A stretch of DNA of 64,000 bases, from contig JASBUN010000022.1 in NCBI GenBank assembly GCA_030147845.1, positions 6,152 to 70,151 of the forward strand, read 5' to 3'. Within the stretch, counting starts at the first letter, position 1; every line of letters starts with the position of its first letter. The position numbers and the translations under genes are program-made. The stretch comes from Gammaproteobacteria bacterium. Lineage in GTDB: Bacteria; Pseudomonadota; Gammaproteobacteria; JASBUN01. Below the pieces are notes generated by a model that did not search any database, was not told the DNA's origin, and saw only the letters and a list, made by a program, of their open reading frames with translations. Of this stretch, positions 17,833 through 27,899 are shown in pieces.

Positions 17833-18723
17833 ATGTTAACTACCTTCTTCGAATCCCGCTCAAATGGCTATTCGAAACAACGTGCACCGACCGAGAATGG
17901 TGGGTTGCATGCACTTGTTACACAAATTCGCGCCGTCGGCATCACCAAGATATTCCAAGCGGTAGATGGCAGTGAAGTGGTGGCCTTGGACGGATTGGAC
18001 CTGGACATTCGCCCCGGAGAATTTGTATGCGTCGTCGGTCCGTCTGGATGCGGAAAATCCACTTTTCTGTCGATGATGGCGGGACTGGAAACACCTACCG
18101 AGGGCACGATTGCAATCAAAGACACCGTGATCAGCTCGCCGCATCCAGACGTCGCTATGGTATTTCAGGAACATTCGTTGTTTCCCTGGAAAACGGTGCT
18201 GCATAACGTAGCGGTGGCGCAAAAGGCGCGCGGCATGCCACGCAAGCAACGCGAACAGCGCGCACGCGAAATTATTGCCATGGCAGGTCTCTCAGGTTTT
18301 GAGGACAAGCATCCATGTGAATTATCGGGCGGTATGCGCCAACGTGTCGGGATCGCGCGAGCGCTGGCGGCTGAGCCGGAGGTGCTGTTGATGGATGAAC
18401 CGTTCGGTGCACTTGACGCTCAGACGCGAAAACTGTTCCAGGAAGAACTCTTGAGGATCTACGACCAGTTTGGGAAAACCATTGTGTTTGTTACGCACAG
18501 CGTGGAAGAGGCGGTGTTTCTCGCCGACCGCGTTGTGGTCATGACTTTTCGTCCTGGACGAATAAAAAAGGTGTTCGATGTACCGATCGAACGGCCGAGA
18601 ACGCTGGATATTTTGAACGATGAAATATTTCAAGAAATACGAACAGAGGTTTGGGAGAGTTTGAAGGAGGAAGCCAGCCTGGCGTTTGAGGCCTTGGGTA
18701 ACCGAGCGGGGCGTTGCAAATGA
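17833..18723 (+). CDS. ABC transporter ATP-binding protein, NitT/TauT family (MsmG-like)
   Basis: GPSGCGKSTFLSMMAGL, LSGGMRQRVGIARAL, LLMDEPFGALD; GGAG RBS before the ATG at 17833; first gene of the transporter-msmABC block. Confidence 0.85.
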   Translation: MLTTFFESRSNGYSKQRAPTENGGLHALVTQIRAVGITKIFQAVDGSEVVALDGLDLDIRPGEFVCVVGPSGCGKSTFLSMMAGLETPTEGTIAIKDTVISSPHPDVAMVFQEHSLFPWKTVLHNVAVAQKARGMPRKQREQRAREIIAMAGLSGFEDKHPCELSGGMRQRVGIARALAAEPEVLLMDEPFGALDAQTRKLFQEELLRIYDQFGKTIVFVTHSVEEAVFLADRVVVMTFRPGRIKKVFDVPIERPRTLDILNDEIFQEIRTEVWESLKEEASLAFEALGNRAGRCK

Positions 18724-19568
18724 ACCTTACCACACTTGCCGGGTCGCGAAGGACCGTTAGCGGAAACTCCGGCGCGTCGCACAGACGCATAATTGGCTAC
18801 AGGACACGGGAATTTTTTCTGTTTCTACTCCCGATTGCCGCCTTTGTCTTGATTTGGGAAATTGCCACGTTGGTGGCGAAATGGCCGCCATACTTACTTC
18901 CCGGTCCTGCCAAAGTTGCCGAAACATTTTGGGCGCTGTTGATCAATGGCGATCTTTTGCGCTATCTGCGCGACAGCGTTGGGCGTCTGATGTTAGGCAG
19001 TGTCACGGCATTTTTTGTCGCGGTGCCGATGGGCTACCTGATTGCCACCTCCAGGTTTGCCGATCGGGCGTTTTCACCGCTGATTGCCATGACGCAACCG
19101 ATTCCCGGCATCGCCTGGATTCCACTGGCAATTCTTTGGTTTGGTCTAGGGCCCGCGGCAGTCGGTTTTATTATTTTTCTATCGGCGTTTTTCCCCATTC
19201 TGATTAATACCGTAGCCGGTGTACGTGCTGTCGGAAAGGATTTACGCCGGGTGGCGCAGGTGTTCCATTTTCCGCGCCGTATGTTGCTATTCGACGTGAT
19301 GTTGCCGGGCGCCCTCCCGTACATCGTTACCGGAACGCGGCTCGGATTCGGGTACGGATGGCGCGCGCTGGTGGCGGGCGAAATGATCGCGGCCAGTAGC
19401 GGGCTGGGTTACATGATATTTGATGCGAGGAACTATTTGAAAACCGACGAAGTCATCGTCGGCATGCTTACAATTGGCCTGTTTTGGGCATTCGTGGAAC
19501 GTGTCGCCCTGCGCCCAATTGAGCGCTGCACTGTCGAACGCTGGGGAATGGTGACGAGTGCAAATTGA
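18720..19568 (+). CDS. ABC transporter permease, NitT/TauT family (MsmF-like)
   Basis: ATG overlaps the ATPase stop (ATGA coupling; the track uses TTG at 18714); conserved AQVFHFPRRMLLFDVMLPGALPYIVTG and AGEMIAASSGLGY motifs. Confidence 0.8.
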   Translation: MNLTTLAGSRRTVSGNSGASHRRIIGYRTREFFLFLLPIAAFVLIWEIATLVAKWPPYLLPGPAKVAETFWALLINGDLLRYLRDSVGRLMLGSVTAFFVAVPMGYLIATSRFADRAFSPLIAMTQPIPGIAWIPLAILWFGLGPAAVGFIIFLSAFFPILINTVAGVRAVGKDLRRVAQVFHFPRRMLLFDVMLPGALPYIVTGTRLGFGYGWRALVAGEMIAASSGLGYMIFDARNYLKTDEVIVGMLTIGLFWAFVERVALRPIERCTVERWGMVTSAN

Positions 19569-19614
19569 ATTATAACGATAGCAAAATTCCGGTCCCACCG
19601 GGGAGGGCGATATT

Positions 19615-20640
19615 ATGATCAAGCTATTTACGGTTGCAGTGCTGGCACTGCTAACGAGTCAAGCGATGTATCTGCCGAGCGCAAATGCGTCGGATGTTGA
19701 GTTGCGGTTTGCGACATTGACGTCGATTAGTAAGGCACCACCGGGTGTGGTCGCCGAGACACACAATCTATTCGAAAAAGAGGGTGTGCACGTCAAAATG
19801 AAGCTGTTCACCTCGGGTAAGGCAGCCGTCGAATCATTGGCCTCGGGGCAATTCGACATCGCCATGATCGGTGATATTCCGGCGCTGGCTCTTTTAGGTC
19901 AGGGCTATCCAGGTAAGATCATCGCCGCCGGTCTCGGCGGACCGAAGCGCCAGTCCGTTTTGGTAAAACGGGATTCCCCGTACAAAACGGTCGAAGATCT
20001 TAAGGGCAAGCGGATTGGGCTGACGAAAGGGTCGACCGACGATATCGCCTTGGGGGCGACGTTCAAGAAACATAATATCAAGTGGTCGGATGTTACGGTC
20101 GTCAATCTGCGCCCACCGGCGAAGGCGGCGGCGTTGGAGACCGGCGCGGTGGACGCTGTCGAAGGCTGGGAGCCGGTGCCGGCGATTATCGTTACCAAGG
20201 GTATAGGGCGCCGGCTATTTAGTGCGGACGGCGACATTCCCGACATCGTTGGTGTAATTGTCGCCAGCGACAAAATTCTCCGTGAGCATCCTGATGCGGT
20301 CGTGCGTTTTCTACGTGCAATCCATGGCGGCGCAAGTTATGCGCGCGCCCATCCTGATGAAATGGTTGACCTATTGTCGAAGCGCCTTGGCTTGGATAGG
20401 AAAATATTAATCGATGCGATTCCGACACAGTGGTGGTATGTCGAGGTGTTCAGCGACACGATCTCCGATTGGCAGCGATCCGCCGACTTGTTGTTCGGCC
20501 TGAAGCGCTTGGCTTCGCGCCCCGATGTCGCCGGATTGGTGGACTTATCGTATCTGTCCAAGGCGTTGGGTAAAAAATATCCACGCGGCGAAAGTGCAGC
20601 CGATGTAATGAAATATCCGACCGTGTCCATCACACAATAG
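19615..20640 (+). CDS. ABC transporter periplasmic substrate-binding protein, NitT/TauT (NMT1-like) family (MsmE-like)
   Basis: Signal peptide MIKLFTVAVLALLTSQAMYLPSANA; 341 aa; immediately upstream of the Rieske oxygenase genes. Confidence 0.75.
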   Translation: MIKLFTVAVLALLTSQAMYLPSANASDVELRFATLTSISKAPPGVVAETHNLFEKEGVHVKMKLFTSGKAAVESLASGQFDIAMIGDIPALALLGQGYPGKIIAAGLGGPKRQSVLVKRDSPYKTVEDLKGKRIGLTKGSTDDIALGATFKKHNIKWSDVTVVNLRPPAKAAALETGAVDAVEGWEPVPAIIVTKGIGRRLFSADGDIPDIVGVIVASDKILREHPDAVVRFLRAIHGGASYARAHPDEMVDLLSKRLGLDRKILIDAIPTQWWYVEVFSDTISDWQRSADLLFGLKRLASRPDVAGLVDLSYLSKALGKKYPRGESAADVMKYPTVSITQ

Positions 20641-20728
20641 ATGCGTAGGCGCGGGCCGGTTTTGTTACGTGCGGTCTGTATTGTTAATACGCCGAATATT
20701 TTTTTATCGATTTGGAGGTGAAGCAAAC

Positions 20729-22009
20729 ATGTCTACCGTGGCTGGAGAAAGTCCACAGGCAAAGCAATCCGCCGACAATGAAGTTACCGGGCGTTTGTCC
20801 AAACAATGGTCGGCGCGTCTGCCGCTACCCGACAGTCATCTTGTTGACACCCGCATTTACACGGATCCAGCGATATTCGAGCAAGAGATTGAACGCATCT
20901 GGCATAAGACCTGGCTGCCGGTTTGCCACGAAAGTGAGCTCGCCAATCCGCTGGACTTTCGTTCTTCCGGCATTGCCGGTGATGTGCCTATTGTGATAGT
21001 GCGAGGCACGGACGGTAAGGTAAGGACATTCCTGAACGTATGCCCGCATCGCGGGAACCTGATTGTACGTAAGGCGCGCGGAAATTTATCCGTGGCCGAA
21101 CCATCCGGAAATTCCAATCATATGACCTGCATGTTTCACGGTTGGCAATTTAATGCCGAAGGTCGCTGTGTGGAGATACCCCGAGAACGCGCCGGATATC
21201 AAGACCGGGTGTGTAAGGCAGGCATGGGTTTGCGTCAAATCAGAACCGAGGTCGCTTATGGCGGCTTTGTCTGGGTCAATCTCGACGATGACGGAGAATC
21301 TCTGGACGACTATATGGGCGGTATTTTCGACTACATGAAAGTTGAACTGGAAAGCGAGCCTTTGGAGGTATTTCACTACCAAAAGGTCGTTATCAACACC
21401 AACTACAAATATTTTCACGAGACCGGGCGAGAGTTTTATCACGACTTTTTGCATTATCACAACCGACAAACAGGGATGATGCAGAAAGGCTATTTCGATC
21501 GAAAATATGTCCCGTATAAGAATGGACATTGTTTGATCGGACTGACTATTTCTCAATATAAGGCGTATCAGGGCTACGAGGATCGCGGCTTGACGTTTCC
21601 CGGCATGCCAAAGAATGGCTGGAAGGGTATCGGTCTGTTTCCGGGAATTACGTTCAATTTACGCTCGTCCTGTCTGCGGGTTAATTTCATGACGCCGATC
21701 AGCGAGAATCGCGTTCTCATTGAGGTGCGTGGCCTGGGTTTGAAGCGGGATGATGACGAGACCCGGGCGTCGAGAATCCGTGATTTCAACACCATATGGG
21801 GGCCGTTTGGCCGCAACGCACACGAGGACTTCTTGGCCATACAGACTCAGGCGGTGGCGGTGCGACCGGGTTCCGGCGCGAAATACTGTGTCATGGCGCG
21901 TGAGGAAGACGACACCACTCACGACGAGATCGGCCTGCGTTGCTACTACAGTGAGTGGAGTCGGCGTATGGGCCGGTTGGCTAGCGATCCGACTCGCACT
22001 CACCCATAG
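20729..22009 (+). CDS. msmA: Rieske non-heme iron oxygenase alpha (hydroxylase large) subunit, MsmA-like (methanesulfonate monooxygenase-type) with CXH-X26-CXXH Rieske motif
   Basis: CPHRG...(26 residues)...CMFHGW: the two ligand pairs are separated by 26 residues instead of the usual 15-17, the hallmark reported for MsmA. 426 aa; GGAGG RBS before the ATG at 20729. Confidence 0.65.
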   Translation: MSTVAGESPQAKQSADNEVTGRLSKQWSARLPLPDSHLVDTRIYTDPAIFEQEIERIWHKTWLPVCHESELANPLDFRSSGIAGDVPIVIVRGTDGKVRTFLNVCPHRGNLIVRKARGNLSVAEPSGNSNHMTCMFHGWQFNAEGRCVEIPRERAGYQDRVCKAGMGLRQIRTEVAYGGFVWVNLDDDGESLDDYMGGIFDYMKVELESEPLEVFHYQKVVINTNYKYFHETGREFYHDFLHYHNRQTGMMQKGYFDRKYVPYKNGHCLIGLTISQYKAYQGYEDRGLTFPGMPKNGWKGIGLFPGITFNLRSSCLRVNFMTPISENRVLIEVRGLGLKRDDDETRASRIRDFNTIWGPFGRNAHEDFLAIQTQAVAVRPGSGAKYCVMAREEDDTTHDEIGLRCYYSEWSRRMGRLASDPTRTHP

Positions 22010-22184
22010 TCGGCAGGTATGGCAGTGAGTGGGCGGGTCGCCGCGCAACCTCCTGCCTAGCCCGATAGCCAGTCCGAGGTTTGTTGACAGGAGACTATGT
22101 CGGACTCAATGCGATCGCGTCCAACTGATTTGTCGAATGTGCTAGTTGAAATTGATGACCAATAGAACCAGTGAGGAGTCGAGC

Positions 22185-22694
22185 ATGTCCGCAGTATTGG
22201 CAGTGCCGCAAGATATACGAAATCGGGTCCATGACCTGATTTATGAGAGCTGTCTGCTCTTGAATGAAGAGCGCTGGGACGATTTTTTGGATTTATGCGA
22301 TTCGGAAACGTTTCGATATGTAATAGGAAACTACAGCCCGGAGATTGGGAAAGAACAATTTTGGCTGGATATCGACTTTGCCGGGATGAAGCATATGTTT
22401 GAGATGCTGCCAAAACACAATACCGACCATGCGCAGCTCACACGTCAATCGACGGTCTATCGCCTTGAGTATGCGCCGGAAAATGAGGTAATAACCGCGA
22501 CCACCGGTTTTACTATTTATCGCACCCACGAAGATGGTGGTTATGCACATCTCGATGGTGGCAGCACGTGTTTGTATGTCGTTGGACAATATATTGATCG
22601 CGTGGCGTTGCGCCCGGACGGTGACAAATTAACGCAACGTACGGTGTGGACCAATACACGGCAACTGGACATCGGATCACACTATCCATTTTAA
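22185..22694 (+). CDS. msmB: Ring-hydroxylating oxygenase beta (small) subunit, NTF2/SnoaL-like (MsmB-like)
   Basis: About 170 aa, typical beta-subunit size and position immediately downstream of the alpha subunit; GAGGAG RBS. Confidence 0.6.
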   Translation: MSAVLAVPQDIRNRVHDLIYESCLLLNEERWDDFLDLCDSETFRYVIGNYSPEIGKEQFWLDIDFAGMKHMFEMLPKHNTDHAQLTRQSTVYRLEYAPENEVITATTGFTIYRTHEDGGYAHLDGGSTCLYVVGQYIDRVALRPDGDKLTQRTVWTNTRQLDIGSHYPF

Positions 22695-22746
22695 ATTTGT
22701 TTTCGTAGTCAAAGAGCTGGGCCGTAACCTTTATTTGGAGCCGATC

Positions 22747-23079
22747 ATGTCGTGGAAAAGTGTATGCAAATTGGATGATTTACCGCTCGGTGGCCTTACC
22801 GTGGTGACTATCGACGGCGTGGAAGTGCTGTTGGCGCGGTCTGATAAATGCGTGACGGCAATGCCGCCGCTTTGTCCACATATGAAAGAGCCATTGGTCA
22901 ACGGCGTATTTGATGGTGAAAATTTAACTTGCCTGAAACACCTGTGGCAGTGGGATGTTAAGACCGGCGAAAGTCTAGGCGAGGCGGAAAAGCCGTTATG
23001 CCAATATCAATTACGTGTGACTGATGGTCACGTTGATATCAATATGGCGGAAGAATTGAAATATGAATACGAAGCCTAA
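22747..23079 (+). CDS. msmC: Rieske-type [2Fe-2S] ferredoxin (MsmC-like electron-transfer component)
   Basis: CPH (LCPHMKEP) and CxxH (CLKHLWQW) with 17-residue spacing; about 110 aa; GGAG RBS. Confidence 0.7.
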   Translation: MSWKSVCKLDDLPLGGLTVVTIDGVEVLLARSDKCVTAMPPLCPHMKEPLVNGVFDGENLTCLKHLWQWDVKTGESLGEAEKPLCQYQLRVTDGHVDINMAEELKYEYEA

Positions 23080-23100
23080 CGCGTCAGGAGTATTGCGGTA

Positions 23101-24585
23101 ATGACTACTATTGTTGCGAGTGAGAACAAGCCTGTAAGGACTGTGTTCGAAGCACACGATTACGGTCGCGCTCTGTATATTAGTGGCGAATTCGTGAGCG
23201 CCGCGAGCGGCAAGCGAATCGATGTGCTTAATCCTGCTAAGGGAGAAGTATTTCAGTCGGTAAGCTATGGCGATATCGATGACGTTGATCGTGCGCTATC
23301 GTCGGCCGAAGCCGCGTTTCCGAGTTGGTCGCGGTCATCGATACGCATGCGCGCGGATCTTCTCAATGAGGTTGCCCGTTTGCTCCGCAATCGCAAAGAA
23401 GTTATTGGTGCGATACTGTGCCAAGAGTCTGGAAAGCGCCGTGTCGAAGCTATTGCCGAAGTGAACTTCGCTGCGGAATACTTTCAATGGTTTGCCGAGG
23501 AGATCCGCAGACCATGTGGGTCAATCATCTCCGGCGACTCTGCCAGCCGGCGGCAATGGGAGATACATGAACCGTGCGGCGTTGTGGGGTTGTTGACGCC
23601 TTGGAATTTTCCGATATCTATACAAGCGCGTAAGCTTGCGCCGGCCCTTGCCGCCGGCTGCACCGTCGTCTCGCGCCCGAGTGAAAAGGCGCCATGCTCG
23701 GTGGTAGAGCTGTTCCGCTGTTTACACGATGCTGGGATTCCTGCGGGTGTTGCGCAGCTTGTTTTGGGTCCACCGGCCGAGGTCACACAACGAATTTTTT
23801 CCCATTCTGCGGTGCGCTTGGTCAGCTTCACGGGTTCTACCGGCGTGGGCAAACAGTTGATGCGCTTGGCCGCCGACCGCGTCGTTAGATTGTCGCTTGA
23901 ATTGGGAGGAAATGCCGCGTTCATCGTTCATAGTGACGCCGATATCGATGCGGCGGTAGACGGAGCGGTGATGGCGAAGTTTCGCAATAATGGCCAATCG
24001 TGTATAGCGGCCAACCGGTTACTGATCCATGAAAATTGTTACCGAGAGTTCGTGAATAAATTTGTGAGTAGGGTAGAGCGCTTGAGGGTTGGTAACCCCA
24101 TGGACGATGATGTCGATATTGGTCCGCTGATCGACGCATCGAGTCAGGATAAATTGGAACGTGCAGTGCGCGCAGCTATCGCCGAAGGCGCGGAAGTTCT
24201 CAATACGGAAATGAGAGCGCCGGAGGAGGGATCGTACGTGGTGCCACGTGTTTTGGCGCACACCCCGATAAACACATTTTTGGGTTGTGAGGAGATCTTT
24301 GGCCCGATTGCAGTCGTTTCATCTTATACCGATATCGACGAAGTGATCGAGATGGCCAACCGGCCCAACGTTGGATTGGCGAGTTACGCTTATACCCGCG
24401 ATTTACGCCTCGCCACTCGACTAACCGAGGCGCTTCGGGTGGGGATAGTAGGTCTCAACAACGCCTTGCCCGCGGCTGTGTTCGCACCTATGGGCGGTAT
24501 GAAAGAAAGCGGCTTCGGGAGAGAGGGGGCACAGCACGGCTTGCGAGAATTTCAGGAAATAAAATACGTATCGATGGAATTGTGA
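23101..24585 (+). CDS. NAD(P)-dependent aldehyde dehydrogenase (ALDH superfamily, GabD/succinate-semialdehyde-DH-like)
   Basis: Catalytic Cys motif FRNNGQSCIAANR, LELGGNAAFIV, EEIFGPIAVV; 494 aa; 21-bp gap after msmC. Confidence 0.8.
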   Translation: MTTIVASENKPVRTVFEAHDYGRALYISGEFVSAASGKRIDVLNPAKGEVFQSVSYGDIDDVDRALSSAEAAFPSWSRSSIRMRADLLNEVARLLRNRKEVIGAILCQESGKRRVEAIAEVNFAAEYFQWFAEEIRRPCGSIISGDSASRRQWEIHEPCGVVGLLTPWNFPISIQARKLAPALAAGCTVVSRPSEKAPCSVVELFRCLHDAGIPAGVAQLVLGPPAEVTQRIFSHSAVRLVSFTGSTGVGKQLMRLAADRVVRLSLELGGNAAFIVHSDADIDAAVDGAVMAKFRNNGQSCIAANRLLIHENCYREFVNKFVSRVERLRVGNPMDDDVDIGPLIDASSQDKLERAVRAAIAEGAEVLNTEMRAPEEGSYVVPRVLAHTPINTFLGCEEIFGPIAVVSSYTDIDEVIEMANRPNVGLASYAYTRDLRLATRLTEALRVGIVGLNNALPAAVFAPMGGMKESGFGREGAQHGLREFQEIKYVSMEL

Positions 24586-24658
24586 GTGCGCCGATGATCG
24601 ACGCCGCGCGAGCGCAGATATCGGCTTAGCCGTTTACTGTGGAGTCTTTTGGCTTGAT

Positions 24659-25588
24659 ATGAGCATGCGCATCTTGATTATCGGTGGTACCGGGCAAATC
24701 GGCGCAAGGATTTCACGCCATCTATGTCAGCGCGGCGACGACGTTTACGTTTTCGGTAGAAGGCCACCGGGCGATGCCGCGGTTCACCACGCGCGTACTA
24801 ATTTCCACTGGGTGCAAGGCGATGTGCGTGATGCAATCAAGGTTCGCGAAGCGGTCAAGGCGATTCGGCCGATTAAAATAATACATCTTGCGGCGCTGCT
24901 GCAGTTTGCCTGCGATGTTGATCCGGCGCAGGCGATTGAAGTCAACGTTGTAGGCACGTTGAACGTGCTAGAGGCGGCGCGCGAATTTGGCGTGGCGCGT
25001 GTATTATTCGGCAGCAGCGTTGCGGTCTACGGCCAGCAGCGCGCCTTACTTCGAGAGGACGGCGCGGTCGGCGCCGACGTCTCGTTGTATGGCGAGACTA
25101 AGCTCATGGGAGAAAAGCTCGGAGCGCAGTATGCAAAAAATTACGGCTTTGAGTTCATCGCGCTGCGCTTTTGCGGCATATTTGGCAGCGGAGCGCCACA
25201 GAGCCGGGGTATGGCCTGGGTGAGGCGCCAAATTGAAAGCTCGGTAAATGGCGAGCGAGTCCTGATAGAGGACGCGTCAGGCGACGAGCGTGTGCAACTA
25301 ACGTATGTTGCCGATGCGGCGGACGCATCGGTGGCATTGCTCGATCACGCGCAGCCGACGTTCGGCGTTTACAATATCGCGGCAGGGCACGAGAACTACA
25401 TTAGCTTGCGTCAATTTCATGCATTGATCAAGAGTGTGGCGCCAGGCGCGGGTGACGTGGAGTTCGTCGGCTGCGGTCGCGATATGGCGCTGGTCAGCAT
25501 CGATCGATTGCATGCGCTTGGCTTCCAACCAAGATATTCGGTTGTCGACGGCATCCGTGCCTCGCTGGAGGCGCTTCAGGGGCAGTAG
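24659..25588 (+). CDS. NAD-dependent epimerase/dehydratase family protein (extended SDR)
   Basis: N-terminal Rossmann ILIIGGTGQIGARI, catalytic YGETK; 309 aa. Confidence 0.7.
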   Translation: MSMRILIIGGTGQIGARISRHLCQRGDDVYVFGRRPPGDAAVHHARTNFHWVQGDVRDAIKVREAVKAIRPIKIIHLAALLQFACDVDPAQAIEVNVVGTLNVLEAAREFGVARVLFGSSVAVYGQQRALLREDGAVGADVSLYGETKLMGEKLGAQYAKNYGFEFIALRFCGIFGSGAPQSRGMAWVRRQIESSVNGERVLIEDASGDERVQLTYVADAADASVALLDHAQPTFGVYNIAAGHENYISLRQFHALIKSVAPGAGDVEFVGCGRDMALVSIDRLHALGFQPRYSVVDGIRASLEALQGQ

Positions 25589-25853
25589 ACGCGGCTCGCG
25601 CCGTCGGCGGACCGGAACCGGCGTTGGTCTGTGGTAAAGTCCGCAGTGACGCCCACTTAACCCGCTGTGACCACGTGACCGCGCGCATCGCTACAACCGG
25701 TATTTTACCTCTATTTTGCCTCATCGCCGTTAAAACGCCATTACTGGAGGCTGGCCCGGCTGCGCTGCGGCGTCCCTGTCGCAGGTTAAATCCTCATGAA
25801 ACTAGTGATTTACCTGCGCGACGGTTCCATACTATGGTATACCACACGCGACG

Positions 25854-27899
25854 TTGGGAGCTTTGCGCAGAGCGATGCAAGTAGACGTAATTCGTATCCT
25901 CCTGGTTGAAGACAACCCTGCTGACGCGCGGCTGGTCGAGTGGGCGTTGTCCGAGGTCGTCGGTTGCCGCTTCGACGTGATTCGAGCCGAGCGTCTTTCC
26001 GAGGCGTTGCAATGCCTCGATGGCCCGCGCTTCGACGCCATTCTGCTTGATCTATCACTGCCCGATTCTTTCGGCCTGGATACCATTTCGCAAATTGGGA
26101 TTGTTGCGCCAACCGTTCCGATCGTGGTGCTAAGCGGTCTACTGGACGACGAGCTTGCTTTTGAGGCCGTCAAGGGCGGTGCGCAGGACTATCTCGTCAA
26201 AGGTCAGGGCGACGGCTATTTGATCGCGCGTTCGGTTCGCTACGCGATGGAACGTAAGCGTGCCGAAGAGGCGTTGCGAGAGAGCGAGCGTATGCTCGAG
26301 CAGGCGCAACGCATCGCACACGTTGGACACTGGGTGTGGGATATCGCCTCGGGACATTTGTGCTGGTCCGACGAGGTATATCGGATCTATGGATATCAAC
26401 CGCAGGCTTTTACGCCGACGTACGAGCTGTTCCTTGCCGCTGTCGCGGTGGAAGACCGACAACGTATGGTGGACTCAATCGACGCTAGCTTGCGCGGTCG
26501 TGGACCGCTTGCGTTCGAGCACGGTATCGTGCGCACCGACGGTACACTTCGTACCGTCGAGGAGCGTGGCGAGATGGACTTTAATGCCGCCGGCAACCCG
26601 GTTCGCATGCGGGGCACGGTGCAGGATGTTACTACCTTTAAAGAAGTAGAGACTGAATTACGTCGCGCGCGCGATGATCTGGAACTCCGCGTCGAGGTTC
26701 GCACTGCGCATCTAGCCGAAGCCAACCGGCGCCTTGAGCATGAGGTTGTGCAGCGTACACGCACCGAGGAAATATTGCGTGGCGAACGCGACTTTATCGC
26801 CGCCGTTTTGGATACGGTCGGCGCACTAGTCGTTGTATTGGACGGCAAGGGGCGCATTATTCGATCCAATCGCGCCTGCGAGCAAACGACCGGTTACTCA
26901 TTCGAAGAAGTGCGCGGAAAGCCCGTCTGGGAGATATTTGTAGCGCCAGACGAGCGCCGCGGTGTGAAGCAGATATTCAATCAATTGTTGAACGTACGGT
27001 CGCCCAGCGAGTATCAAAATTACTGGGTTACCCGCAGTGGCGAAAGGCGCATGATCGCCTGGTCGAATACGGTATTACCGGCGCGCAATGGGGCCGCCGC
27101 GCATGTGATTGCAACCGGTATCGATATAACCGATCAGCGTAAGGCCGAGGAGCACGAGCGGCAGCGCATGCTGGAGTTGGCCCACGTCGGCCGCCTGAGC
27201 ACGATGGGCGAGATGGCTACGGAGATCGCCCACGAACTCAATCAGCCGTTGACCGCCATCGCGAGCTATAGCGATACGTGCAACCGTATTATGAAACTGC
27301 CGACCTGGAATGTGGATGAGGTACATGAAATTCTCGGAGAAATTTCCGGGCAAGCACATCGTGCCGGCGAAATCATTCGGCGCTTGCGAAGTTTTGCGCG
27401 TAAAGAAGACTCGCAACGTGCGTCAGTCGATGTCAACGAATTGGTCAAGGATATGGTCTACTTGACCGAGGCGGAGGCGCGCTGGCATGACGTGACCGTG
27501 TTACTCGAGCTGGCTGATCGCTTACCGTCGGTGGTAGCGGACCGAATATTGATCGAACAAGTAATGATCAACCTAGTGCGTAATGCTATTGATGTTTTAG
27601 GTAGCGATCAGTCCGTACAAAAGCGCGTGCTGGTGCAGACCTGGGTCAATGATCGAAATATGGTTGAGGTTGCGGTGAGTGACACTGGGCCTGGTTTGTC
27701 GGCCGACGCGGTGAAGCGAGTTTTCGAGCCATTTTACACAACCAAGTCCAGCGGTATGGGCATGGGTTTGTCCATCAGTCAATCCATTATTGAATCTCAC
27801 GATGGTGAACTATGGGTAACATCGCAGCCGGGACAGGGGGCGACCTTTGGTTTCGTGCTGCCTTTAGAGACGGAGGTGGAGGTCAGTAATGCGGTCTGA
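25854..27899 (+). CDS. Response-regulator-receiver / PAS / histidine kinase hybrid sensor (REC-PAS-PAS-HisKA-HATPase_c), FixL-like
   Basis: N-terminal REC (ILLVEDNPADARLV...ILLDLSLPD), PAS repeats, H-box EIAHELNQPLTAI, HATPase TGPGLSADAVKRVFEPFYTTK...GMGLSISQSII. Alternative ATG at 25875. Confidence 0.8.
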   Translation: MGALRRAMQVDVIRILLVEDNPADARLVEWALSEVVGCRFDVIRAERLSEALQCLDGPRFDAILLDLSLPDSFGLDTISQIGIVAPTVPIVVLSGLLDDELAFEAVKGGAQDYLVKGQGDGYLIARSVRYAMERKRAEEALRESERMLEQAQRIAHVGHWVWDIASGHLCWSDEVYRIYGYQPQAFTPTYELFLAAVAVEDRQRMVDSIDASLRGRGPLAFEHGIVRTDGTLRTVEERGEMDFNAAGNPVRMRGTVQDVTTFKEVETELRRARDDLELRVEVRTAHLAEANRRLEHEVVQRTRTEEILRGERDFIAAVLDTVGALVVVLDGKGRIIRSNRACEQTTGYSFEEVRGKPVWEIFVAPDERRGVKQIFNQLLNVRSPSEYQNYWVTRSGERRMIAWSNTVLPARNGAAAHVIATGIDITDQRKAEEHERQRMLELAHVGRLSTMGEMATEIAHELNQPLTAIASYSDTCNRIMKLPTWNVDEVHEILGEISGQAHRAGEIIRRLRSFARKEDSQRASVDVNELVKDMVYLTEAEARWHDVTVLLELADRLPSVVADRILIEQVMINLVRNAIDVLGSDQSVQKRVLVQTWVNDRNMVEVAVSDTGPGLSADAVKRVFEPFYTTKSSGMGMGLSISQSIIESHDGELWVTSQPGQGATFGFVLPLETEVEVSNAV

